Source: Sphagnum compactum
Lineage: Eukaryota
Length of the DNA stretch: 64,000 nucleotides
Direction of reading: 5' to 3'
NCBI GenBank assembly: GCA_965153455.1
Contig: OZ234493.1
Span: 10,964,213 to 11,028,212, forward strand
Position 1 is the stretch's first letter. Each line of letters opens with the position of its first letter. A program made the translations under genes and the position numbers. Positions 36,830 through 49,530 of this stretch are shown in pieces. The notes under the pieces are model-generated. The model was not told the DNA's origin and searched no databases. It saw only the letters and a list, made by a program, of their open reading frames with translations.

Positions 36830-39800
36830 CCCACCCAAAATGACTAGTAATTTATACTTGTTTGGCATGAAATATTGTATATAGTATGGCCCATAACAAC
36901 CTTTCTTGAATTTACCAACTTTTTTTTCCCTCTTTTGGAAACTAAAGCACATAATTGTCAAACTAAAAGTTCTTCTCCACGTGGCATTGTTGTGATCACG
37001 GGTACCTATTCCATTGAGCTTTAATGATGTTTTCATGTCCATCTAACCGATACTCTTGCAATTTTTCCAATTCATGTAGTTGACTAGTCAATACCTATAC
37101 TAGGTTTACATTCCATGGTCTTCCATTGAGAGATAATATAAACATATTTTGTCAACATCAATGAGTACAAAACATACACCAATTGGTATGGTGTATACCA
37201 TCTTGCAACTTTATATACACATTTATTAGAAAAAACATTGAAAATTTGAATTGCGTTATTTTTGATAACCCTTGCTTATAAACTTAGGAAATTTTGAAAA
37301 TTGATTCAACATGGTAGGAACTTGGGTTCAGTGACCTTTGGAAAAATCACGAATGTGTTTGACATGGGAATTGACCATTGCAATGTATCTTTAAACAATG
37401 TAGGCCACCAATATTTTACATCCAAGATTTGTTTTACTATAATTTATGCAAGAAAATGACCACTTGCTACCCCTTCATGTAACTCCTTGAATGCTATTGG
37501 TATTTCTTTTGCTACAAGACATTTCATAACATGTTGTCATGTCCTTATCTATAAAATACTCCATTCAAAAATTGCTATCTTTTTAATTCTAATTCCAATG
37601 TATTGCGTAGTCTTGACAATTCATTACCCATTACACATGCGTCCTTCCTAGTTTATAAATTATAATAAAATTGTACTCCAAAATTAACAACAACCATCTT
37701 ATCATCCACCCAAACACATGTGTCTTATTCACCAAATAAACTAGAAAACAAATTTATTGCCTAACAAGTAGTATTTAAACTTGTGTAAAGTGAAAACATT
37801 GCTAAAAATTCTCTTTTAGTGGTGGTATAATTTCATTCAAGTATGTTTAACAACCAAGATGCATACACTCCAAACTAGTCATGCTAACCTATTAAGTAGT
37901 TGGCCAACATTGCCTTTATTACCAATAAAAAAACAAATGTGTGCACATGGAATTCTACCTTTTAATTGGGTGAAATCAATATTCGCATTTTGATGTATTG
38001 CTTCTTTATCATATCCCATACTTGTTGACATTCAAGAATCAATGTGAACAACTTTGCCTTCCTCATTAATTTGGTTATAAATGCCCTTATGAATCTGAAA
38101 TTTTTAATGAAACACTTGTGGAATTGTGCCACATGTTACACCTATATTTATTGTGGGTTTATTGAAATTCATGTTCACGATTGCATGTATCCTAAGTCAA
38201 ATAATGTCCTTCCTCTAAAAAGTATACATCCCATAATCATTCTTGAAAAGACTATGAAAGCACATTCATTAGGATTCATGCTAACACCAACCTCCCCACA
38301 TTTTTGGAAACATAGTTTTAGTTTGGATAGGTGAATGTCCAAATCATTATACACCATAATATAATTTTAAAACAATTTCATGAATTCATTAGATACTCCC
38401 TTTAAATGTTTTGCTAACTACCTATTGGTATGTTGGCAATCCATTCTTCACATTAAAAGGCATCACCTACCATGTATGAATGTTCCCCAATCAATTTCAA
38501 AAATTGTTTTGTATTTATCCTCTAGAATAATGGATATTTGATGATACCCATTGTATTGATCTAGAAATGAATAAGCCTTGTGACTTACTATAATGTTGAA
38601 TAGTTCATCAACAATGGTAGTAGGTATGAGTCTTTCTTCATGGTTGCATTCAATTTTGAAAATCCATACAACTCTGAAGCTTCCCATTTTTCTTTAGAAC
38701 CACTACTTTGGTGACAACCATATAACTTTGTTTACATGTGTGAAATTTGTGGCCAACAACTTATCCATGTCTAATTTCACCACTACAACATAGTTCAAGT
38801 CCATCTAATACTAGGCTTCTTGAGCTAACAACACTATAGTATCCAACTTATTCTTGTGTTGTGTTAACTCTAGAGGAATTCCTTTCAAAAAGGACCACAT
38901 CACATTTCTTGTCAAACCTTCCATATGAAAATGATCATTTTTCAGAATTTGAAGCTACCACAAATTTATGGACATTGTTTTGAAAAAAACCAATTTGTGG
39001 TATGATAATTATCAAACTCTTCACATGACTCACAAACCTATTCCAATCATATGGAACCACAATGTTTAATATATACTACAAATTTCATCAAAATTAAAAA
39101 TTATTTCAATCATTTCATAAATATATTTTCATTTTTAAATATGTTTAGGCACACTTTTTTTTTACATAAACCTAATCTAACATCACATCATATGAAATAA
39201 AAAATGTAGTTTCTTTAACATTTGACTTATTTGTTTTTTTTGTGTTTTGAAAACTACCATATGTAAAAACAATGTGAAAACCCTCCTTAATAATGACATG
39301 GTTGAAATTCAAATATGGGTACCCTAAAAAACAATAGAATGTAACAACTAACCCCCCCCGTTTGCAGTGTGTTTTCACCTTCCAATGACATTGCAGGTAC
39401 AACATCTTCATGTTTCAAGGTATTTCTTCCCCAATTCATCACCTATAGCTTTTCAATATTTGTTGTAGTACATGTTTTCACATTTGTAAACATCATTACT
39501 AACTCTTAAGGTAGTGTGATTGTGTTAATAAAGAACAATTTCAACTCTATTGTGATTAACATTATGTCCTGCACATCATTCATAGTTCCTTGTTGGAAAT
39601 TATAGCACATTAGCAGTTTTGGTTGCTCAATATCATTGCCCTAATGTTTGGTTACTATAATTATTTGATAATACCATTTCCTTAGATTGTCACCAAGTTT
39701 TTCCCCCAATCATGGGAAACTTATTCATCCTTTAACACTAAAAGAAAACCCTCATTTTTCGACTTGTCTTAGGCGACTAAAAGTGTCTTTTGCGACTATT

Positions 39801-40270
39801 TTTTATCACTAAAAATGGGGTTTTTCTTTTAGTGTAACCAAGGTATGTTTAACAACATAAAGTAACCAGAGTATTTTACGCTATTTTGTAATATTGTGAA
39901 TGTGACTACACAAGGTACCCCATGTACTAATTAGATCATCATTTGACAAATCAACCTTACTTGGTTTGGTAGTGGCTTGGTCTACCATTCACAAGTAATT
40001 GTAAAGTGTTAGTTTAGGTTTAAGTAACCCCAACTTACTATGGTAATGTTCATTTTAGAACCCCCATCTAAAATAAATCATCAGTTGTGTTTTCTTTAAC
40101 CTATACTTGGATCACTACCATATGGAAATCTATTGCCACTACAACAAGACCAATTCCATGGCAAGTCCATTGGATCTAAATATAAAACTTCTTCAAACAT
40201 GTTTGTTTAAAATTGTGGTCTTCATTGGTTTCATTTTCTACCATAGGTATTTCTTCAAGCTAACTGTTAT
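36830..40270 (-). mobile_element. Degenerate Ty3/gypsy LTR-retrotransposon pol relic
   Basis: Minus-strand order is protease (ILDGGS 40057-40074; YFMLLNIPWL-KDE*VSHDWG), RT (AYSFLDQYNGYHQISI..EDKYKT; HLSKLKLCFQKC...NPNECAF), RNase H (EFHVHT; NYTTTKRE), then integrase (ELHEGVASGHF; YGPYYI). Many stops and frameshifts. Decayed sequence probably extends down to ~33700. Confidence 0.88.
39736..39834. mobile_element. 99-bp mini-CACTA element with TAA target-site duplication
   Basis: TAA|CACTAAAAGAAAACCCTCATTTTT ... AAAAATGGGGTTTTTCTTTTAGTG|TAA. Inserted into gypsy pol sequence. Confidence 0.92.
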
Positions 40271-40277
40271 CTTCATG

Positions 40278-43200
40278 CACTAAAAGAAAAATGGAATTTT
40301 GTGGCCAATCTTGTCAGTTAATTTTGATCACATGCAGCTTATGCAATTAATTTTCAATCACTAACGACTTATGTGACTAAAATCCCATTAGTCATGTTCA
40401 ACAAGTTGCAACCATAGTCACAAAACATGGTTTTTGGATGAAAAATAAAACTCAACATAATATATTTTCATTCTTTGACTAAACGTATATGTATTATTGT
40501 TTACAACTAACATGTGACTAATTTGGTCAACATTAACAACAAATGATGTGTTGACATGTGATAGCATTTTTGAATGTTTTTAAAGTATTTTTATTTAATC
40601 TTGAAAAAATCCACATTCTCCATTTTGGATGGTCTTAAATCATGACATGTTGCACAATAAAAAAATTCCATGTGGCTTATTAATTGTTTCATTTTAAAGC
40701 CAATTATTTATTGACACTTAGACATTTAAAGTCAATTCAATATTTAACATAATTAATTAATGATCAATCTTTCAATTTAAAGTCAATAAAATGTCAACAT
40801 GTGACATCTATGTAAAAAGGTAAAGAGGGTAGGCCAAAGGAAGTTTAATAGGGAAGCCTAAACTAGTTTGGTAGGTTTTTAATTATTTTTTTTTCTAGGT
40901 TTAACCTTGAAGGTTAAACATGTTTTATTGTCATCTTTTGAATGCCACTTACACCTTCAATACAACTAATGCACCTAATTATATACTTCACAGTAGAAAA
41001 ATGGAAGATAAGAAGTATGAATCAAACATTTTAGTTGCAAATGTGACCAACTTAGTTACAATGTATTTGCAACTACATACTAGTACTTATTATATATTAT
41101 CTTAATTTACATACTAATTATTAAAGGTAACAATAGTTTTAAATAATAATATTATATCATTATTATTATTTCACTTGCTATAATTATTATTAACCATAAT
41201 AATTTTAGTAGGTATAAAAAGCCACTTGTCACATTAATATGGCCCTAAGATGTTCCATATATCTAAAATAGAACTTGAATATATTCAAAGTATACATATA
41301 TATCTTTTATCTATGATTGATATATTTTAATATTTCTTTAAATACAAGCTACATAAGATTTCAATGCACCATTATACATACCTAATTATAGACTTGTACA
41401 TTTTAGTATGTCCCCAATACCCCTTATAATATTTTGAATGGACTTAAAAAACCTAAATACACCCCAAGTGGACTTAAAAACACTTTAATGTGTGATGACC
41501 TGGATATTCCATTAATGTACATATAATATATCATATTATATGCATAGGGGGAACCAATTTTTGGTTATCTTTGTGATTAATGGGCCATACATGGACCTTA
41601 TAGGATGAAAATAATGTGAGAATTCATATGTTTGGTAGATGATTAAGCCATTAGTTATAGAGTAATCACAAAGGTGACCAAAAAATGTAAAATTTAAGAA
41701 ATAGTTGAAAATTTTACTATGGTTAATTACATGGTACTATGGGAGCATTGTGCTTGTCAATGATTTCATTGATAACAATTATCATCTATAACAAGGCTCT
41801 CATCAATAATTGTCTTCTGTCCAAGGTATATTTGGTTTGCAACATTTGTATGTTGATATCTTAAATTTAGAGTAGTTTGACACCATACGTGGTGTATAAA
41901 CCATTATAAGTATTTTAGTCATCCCTATGGTATTAGGCAACCATTCACTCAAGTGGGGTTAGTTAGTACTTCCCCTTATGGTTTGTCTACGTGTGACTAG
42001 TTTGTGGCATTTGTATAGAATATGTTTTGTAAAAAGTCCAATGTCACACAAAAAGTGAACCACCATATATATCTTGCAACTACCCTCTATCATGTGAATT
42101 TAAACATGCCTAACTTAAGTAAGGAAATTCCAAACAAAGTTTGATTGTGATGTCATTTACATGGTAAAGAGTTGTCGTTGTTTTTAAAAAAAATGTATTT
42201 ACCTATAATGTTCTATTGGATAATACCCCAAACATTATTGAAAACCATTACTAACCATCACTAATTATCACTCAATCAAATTATGTTGTTTGAGGTTGAA
42301 ACAACTAAATTCAAATTCATCCAATGCAATGCACTTTAAATATATGTTTTTGAACAATAAAAGGTATATAAATGGATGGATTGTGATGGTTGTTTATGGC
42401 ATAACATGACTTACTTATATTGTTTGGATCACATGTAATCATTACTCCTTCACAAATATGACAAAAAGGTTGTCAATAATAATTTTTTACAATTGTTAAT
42501 TAAAGATGTAGCGTTATTGGGTTCTTGCCCTTTTCCATTATACCACATACCATGTATTCAATACAATTAAGGAAGAAGATTTGTTAATTGAATATGCTAA
42601 CTTCTTTAGCTTGTTCAAATTTTTTTTTATAATATCAATGATTTTGGCAAACCATTTTTAATTTCCACATGTTTTGGTAGATTGCTTCTTTAATTATTCA
42701 ACACCAATTTCTTGGTTTTGTTAAGTTATGCTTGCACCTTAAACTTTACACACATGTTAAGCTCTATGTTCTCACATTGGTTCATGTCCATTCAATCTTT
42801 TTTCAATTTTTTATATTTATGTGAAAATTTGAAACAATGGAACTTTGTTACATGTTTTTTATGTAGTCATTTTAGGGATTTATTTGCCTTTAAAATTAAA
42901 TTAAATTAATCTGATTTCTTTAAATATTAAAAAATGGTTTTATTTTTTGTTGTATATTTTCTTTAGCTTTCAGGAAATTTAGGCAAATTAAAATTTAATT
43001 AATTAATGCCAACATTGACATGTGGGTAGGGTATATGTCTTTAAATCTTAAACATCATTTCCTTAACATTATATGAAATCAATCACATGAATCTTTTTTC
43101 ACAATGTATTGTGATTGTTCCATGATCTTTGATTTGAAAATCCCTTATTTCAACTTCCGAAACGCCTTTATACACTAGAGCATAAAAAAAAATTGAACTA

Positions 43201-46200
43201 TTTACAACTATTTGTGTGTCATTCATAAGGAAATGAACAAGTTTGACAATTCTCAAATAACTAATTTTTAGTAAGGCAACTATTCAATAGGGAAAAATTG
43301 TGTTAAAGTACATGTATAGTTTGGCTAGTTATTGTTTAATAGTTAGCTAGACCTATTTTAGTATTTAGTTATGCATAACTTAATTAGTCCTATGAAAACT
43401 AGATAATTTGGGTGATATACTTTAGCTATTAAATCATATTTCTTAGACATAATGGATAATCTTTGATTTTTTTTGTTGGGCTACCCATTCTTACCATGTA
43501 GGGGCCAATTTCAAACCACATCCACCATTTCAAGATTTTTACAATGTTTGATCGAAAAAAAAAACCCAAATTTTAATTGGTGAAATTGTGGCACGACCAT
43601 TGCAAAATGTTCTGCCAAAAGGGGGGATTCATTTAATTAAATTATAACACTTGAAAAATCAAAATTAAAAATTGAAGATAAAATGCTATCATTTCATTAC
43701 AAGGTGGACTTTTCAAGTGATGTAAAATCTTTTGTCATAGTCCATAAAAAGTGTTATGGACTTTTATTACATAGTAAACATGTTTTAATTGTTGATTTTT
43801 TTCCTGGTATGATTGTGAAATATTGTAATGTTAAAATAAAAATTTCTAATCAGATTTAATATTTTAGTTTATTAGGATCAAGATTACCAATAATTTAAAA
43901 AGTCCATCATGTATTGAAATGAAAAAATTAATAAATGTTGTTTTGTAAAAAGTGACATTACTACCCAACATAACATTTGTCCATTATAAAATTTTAGAAA
44001 ACCCATGTTTTTGCTTCTAACTTTTCCACCAGCTAATCAAATTGGAGCACGTCGTAATTTGAAAACTCGTAAGTTTAGGGTTTAAATATTCTTCTTGCCT
44101 CCTACTTTCAAATGACTAATTTGCATTCCTAAAACATCAAATATTCGCATATGAAAAAGGAAAACTATGGACACCACATGTGCCACTTTTGGTCCACCTT
44201 TGAGTGCATTCACCCTATAATATAACTATTATGTCATTATATTGCAGCTATTGTGCCATTATGTTGCAATTATTATGCAACTATATAAAGAACAATGTGT
44301 TAACAAATCATCAATGGACATGTGGCAATTTTAAATTTATATCAATATTTATTTTTTATTAATTAAATTCATTCAACTTAAGGCCAATAAGATGTTGATA
44401 CATGGTGCTTAGGTCAATAAGTATGCGTAAAATAGGTAGGCAATATTACCTAAATTTCTTAAGTTAGGTAGGTAGGTAGTTAGGCCTAGGTAGATAGGTA
44501 GGTAGGCTTAAACTAAATAGGTAGGTCATTTGGGATAATCTTATTTTATTTTGGGTTTAACCTTTAGGGCCAAACCTTATTTTATTAGTTTATTCCAAAT
44601 GTCATTTTTTAAAATACTTTTAATGCACTTAGTTTTATACTTTACAAACTTGAAAGCTAGGATAAACGATATGGGATTAAAAAAAAATTGCATTTTAGTT
44701 ACAATTCATTTGCAACTATTCAAGATAGGCCAGTGAGCAAACATTTTAGCTCACAAAGAGCTTAAAATCTGAATATATTGTCCCTTTGCCTTTCAAGTGA
44801 AAAATGTTTTTTAAACCTTGATTTGGTGCACCCACAACCATTTGAATTGTTCAAAAAGGACACAAAATGAGAAAGATATGGTTGTCAAAAGTAAGTGGGG
44901 TCAATGTTTGATCATTAACATAATTCACATTTAAAAGTTCAGCATATTCATATTGTTCATGGTTTTTTTGTGTTGTTCTTTTACCTCCATACGTCAAATA
45001 ATTAATGTCAATTTTAATTTGACACAACCATAACACTTTAGATCATTGTAAAGAAATAAGGAAGATATGATGTTTAGAAATAAGGGGTCATTTCTTTTAA
45101 AAACACACTATGTGATTTTAACATGTTTTGTGTTTCCTCTATGTTGTTCGTTTGTTTCAAGAGTTGAACCATATAATGCACAATGCTCTTCAACATTTGG
45201 AATAGAAGATTTTGAAGTTTACAAAGGAATATTTATGTGTACATGCCAATGGATTTGAAAATACAATGCATACATGATTTCAATATCATTTCAAGATTAC
45301 ACTTTCACTTTCAATGAATTATATAATTTGTAGGTGGTATCATAACATATTGGTTGCAATATAATTGATGACTAATCGTATTGAAGTTGAACGAAAGTCC
45401 CAAATTGATGGATTAATAATATTTACATAATGAAAACCTAATGGGAGTAGTAATTGTATCAATGTTAAATTTAGTTTAAAATTAGTTGTTTAAAATTGAA
45501 AGTGTCATTTCAAATGAATGGTGGAAATGTGGACATGTGGTTTGATCATACATGCCATTCCATATAATCAATTACAATGTAGTCACACATTAAGTCACAC
45601 ATCTAGGCCAATTCTATAGTAGTTGTATAATGCAACTACCGTGCAAGTTGCTCCCAAAGTCAAATACATTTGATTGCAAATATATAAGTGAGATGTACAT
45701 GCATTCGTATAAGATCCATCTTGCAATTGATGTGACACTATAATAAAGTTCAAATAATATCTGATGTGGATTTATTTATAAAAAAACATTGTATTTCTAG
45801 AAGATAGTTGTGGTTTAGTTGCATGGTAATTTCATAGGAGTCCTTAGTTGCAAGGCAGTGAAATTTCCATGGATGTGATTTCTCATAATGAAGTTTAACA
45901 ATTTGTAGATGAAATATACTAATCATTTTATAAATAAAAATTATTGATTTGGATTGCAACCTTACCTTTAGATTGTAATGGCAAAAATGAAAAAAATCAC
46001 CCTTGGGTGAAAACACACTATGGGGGGGTCACTGTAGGTAAGAAAATGTACTTGTTTTTTGGTATATTTTGGGGGCAATTTTTGTTTGATTTCATCTAAC
46101 ATTTTGATAAACATATAAAATGGATTTTGATACAATGGACTCCAAAATAATTCTTGTCATCTTTCAAATGAAAGTAAAATTTCAACAAAATGTTTTTTTT

Positions 46201-46604
46201 CAACATACTTATGTTCATTTGAATGAAAAATTTGTCTAAATATTTTTTGTGAAATTACATGAGTTAAACTTTTCAATTGTAATTGAAATAATACAATTAA
46301 TTCATATTCAATATATGATTAAGTACTTCATCAAGTTTTGTAATTATTTGAATCATTTTTAGAGTATATTTGCACTTTGTAGTATATCGTGACAACATCT
46401 AAATTATCACAAATATACTCTTTAATCATTTAATGTTAATCAAAATATGTAATTTCTTTTGATAATTGAATTATTTGGCTATTGAACTACCTTATTTTGA
46501 ATATAATTTATGAAAACCTTTTCTAATATTGGATTGGTGGAAGTTGAAAGTTGCACAATTTTGAAAAATAGTATTTGTGACTACATTTTTTGGCCACTGT
46601 AGTG
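40278..46604. mobile_element. Large degraded CACTA-type region (possibly composite)
   Basis: Starts CACTAAAAGAAAAA (same TIR as the mini-element), followed by GTGACTAA/AGTTGCAA subterminal repeats. 41550-41700 is similar to 545-680. A TAGTG end at 46604 with GTGACTA nearby is only a tentative right boundary (TIR match poor, no TSD). Confidence 0.5.
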
Positions 46605-46789
46605 TGCTTTCACCCCCTTATAACATCACAAGGAATCTATTTTGACTTCTGATAAAAACATTGTTAAAACAAAATGATATAGTTAATTGATAACTTTGAA
46701 GCACATATAGAAGTAGCACTTGTAACAAGGAGTAAATTTTTTAATAATAAATATTTTGTAATAATTGTAACCACAATAATCATATGGTG

Positions 46790-47160
46790 GAGACCTATTG
46801 TAACAAAAAGGAAGAATTAATGGTTATAGACTCAAAGTTGATTATTCAATCTAATAGACCTCATAAACCCATGAAATGCCTTTATGACATTTGTGGTGTT
46901 ATTGTGCATATGATGATGGATTGTCCAAGGTTCAATGAGATGTAAAACACATTTAAAAACAAGAGCATAAAACTAGTAGAAAGTCAACAAAAAGACACCA
47001 ATTACATCATGTAACATGGTTGTAGTGGTTACATGTAGTAAGAAGAAAATGAACAATAAGTGTCTATGGAACAAAAACCATTCAAAAAGAAAAATGTTAT
47101 AGATTGGAATGAAGAAAAGAAGTTGAAATAATTGTTTGTAGAAATTATTCATATGATAAA
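46790..47160 (+). mobile_element. Degenerate retrotransposon gag fragment (zinc knuckle)
   Basis: 46883-46927 reads YDICGVIVHMMMDCP, i.e. CX2CX4HX4C with the first TGT mutated to TAT. Downstream KPFKKKNVIDWNEEKKLK segment. Confidence 0.55.
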
Positions 47161-49025
47161 ATCATTAATGTGCCAAAAACATTTATGGATTAAAATTGTC
47201 AACTTGAATAAAAAATGTACATTATGATGAAATTCAATAAATATACACCAAACATATATATTGGACTTTTTGATGTGCAATTATGCACTATGGTTTTGAG
47301 TTTACATGAAAATTCAAATGCACTTTTCACTATCATTTCATCTCAAGATGTTTTATAGACACTCAATATGTGAAACATGTAAAAAAAAACATGCTCCCCA
47401 AAAAAATTACAAAAAAATTGAACCAACAAATAGTTATGAATTTTTGAATGATCAAATTTGTACTTTATTTTCAAGAGTTCATATCTTTTTGTTGGATTGA
47501 TGTTTTGTTTTCCTTAATATGTATGTTTTAAAGAATTGTTTAGTTGAGCTTTTGTTCATATAAACTTTGTTAATTCATTAATTACCACATAATCCACACT
47601 AAACATTTTTTTTAAGGATTTTTTTCATTTCAATGTTAAAATATGAATTCTTGGGAATGTTGCATTTGTTAACAATGAGTCACCTTATGATGTAGTCACC
47701 TTGGATTTCAAATATCATCTAAGTTTTTGTGGAAAGGATAAATCATAAAGGTTATGTCACAAAATGAATTATAAGGCAAAAAAATTTCATTATTTTACAA
47801 GTATTATGGAGGAATTAAAGCTAGATATTAGAAAGTTATGCTACACACATTATAAAGATAAATAATTCACATATTGTGTTGACAAACAACAATCTAATCC
47901 TTCATTTTGTCGGCTTAAAATGAGGATGTTTGGTGCCAATGCTTTTGGGAGGATATTAAACACCCCTTACAAACTTTATAGGTGCGAATGCATAGTCATG
48001 CACCATACATTCAATTGCACAATTTGTAAAGGGATGTAGGATGGAAAAGAAATTCTTAGTTCATGTCTTGTTCCTTACATGTGATTTTGAATTTGTGACC
48101 ACTATGTAATTAAGGACTAGGAATGAAACCATTAGCCTAACTCCGATCATTTTTGGTTAGTTTTCTTATAGTTTGTGTTTATTTACTTTTTTTTTTAACA
48201 CCATTATTGGTCCAACCTTTGCGGCAAAATGCATGTGTTGTGTAAGATTGTGTATTTATATTCGCAAAGTTTGTAATGATACTTGCAAAGTTTTTGAAGT
48301 GTTTAGCATCTTGTGTGTGTTTTGGGTTTGGCAAAGGTAGCCTTATAGATGGCCTATGTTAGAGGGCAAATCGTCGAATCATAATTACAAGGTAGATTAC
48401 TTGATGAGAAAAATAATAATACTTAGATTTTATTATTGATTATGATAGTTTATTATTCTAAATTATTGATAGTAGGCGGAAGTGGCTAGAAAGTCACTAC
48501 CTTCAGTGTTTTAAGGGATAATTGGTACTTTTGATGTTTTAGGAGATGATTTAACTCAATTTTTAAAAAGCGAATTGGTAGTTGGAGTTTAATCACTTAA
48601 ATATAATGGAAGTTGACTTGGAAGGTAGATGTAAAGCTACTTTTGTCATGTTAAAGTGTTATAGACCCAAGTGAAGGTGTAGTGCTTGTCTAAAGGCATG
48701 GCCCAACTACAAAAGGGGGTGTCTGCTAATACTGTTTCCAACATTTCTATTGGACACATCAGTTTATACGTCATGGTTTAAACCCAATGATACACTTTGA
48801 GAGACAGAGGCCAAACACTATATTAGAGTAAAGAACAGCTGAAAATAATTTTTCACAATGGACATTTTTGTCACTTTTGACCGCATAACGTCACGTGGGA
48901 TCTTATGACCCATGTAAGATCCGACTGACCAGTCAACACGACCTTACAAATTCATATGCATACTGTTTTTCAACAAAAAAAAAAGGAAAAAGCTGCGATG
49001 TGAGTGAAGGGTCTACTTTTAGACC

Positions 49026-49316
49026 GCCATTTACATTAAAAAGTATCTTAAGGCAAAAGAAGAATTATGGAAACTCAAATATTTCACCATTCAAAAATAT
49101 AATCTTCAAAAAATCCTCTAAAAGAAACCCAAATCCTTCAAGAAAATTATAACTTTGTAACTAATCTCAAGTTTCAACTCAGGCCAAAATATCATCTTTC
49201 AAAACTCCTCATATAAAATTAGACCTATTATCTAGGGGCCAAAATCCCTTAAGCTACTATATTCTATAATGAATCTAAACACAATGTCCTTGCCTTGGTA
49301 GGCAAGGCCAATAAAA
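49026..49316 (-). mobile_element. Dispersed ~320-bp element, copy 3 (truncated at the stem-loop end)
   Basis: GCCATTTACATTAAAAAGTATCTTAAGGCAAAAGAAGAATTATG... to CCTTGCCT-TGGT-AGGCAAGGCCAATAAAA, collinear with 2573-2862. Confidence 0.8.
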
Positions 49317-49495
49317 CCTAACAGCTATGGAACACCAGGAAATCACAAAACCGAGGAATAATCCATCAAACCTCACACACTTTAAAACTTCTATCTGGTT
49401 ACTTACCTACACACATTCATGCAAATCTTTCTCTTAATTAGTTGTTCTTCTTTGCAACTGAACATGAGCTCCTTCTCCTGATTCTCCCCTCCCAC

Positions 49496-49530
<35 letters not shown>

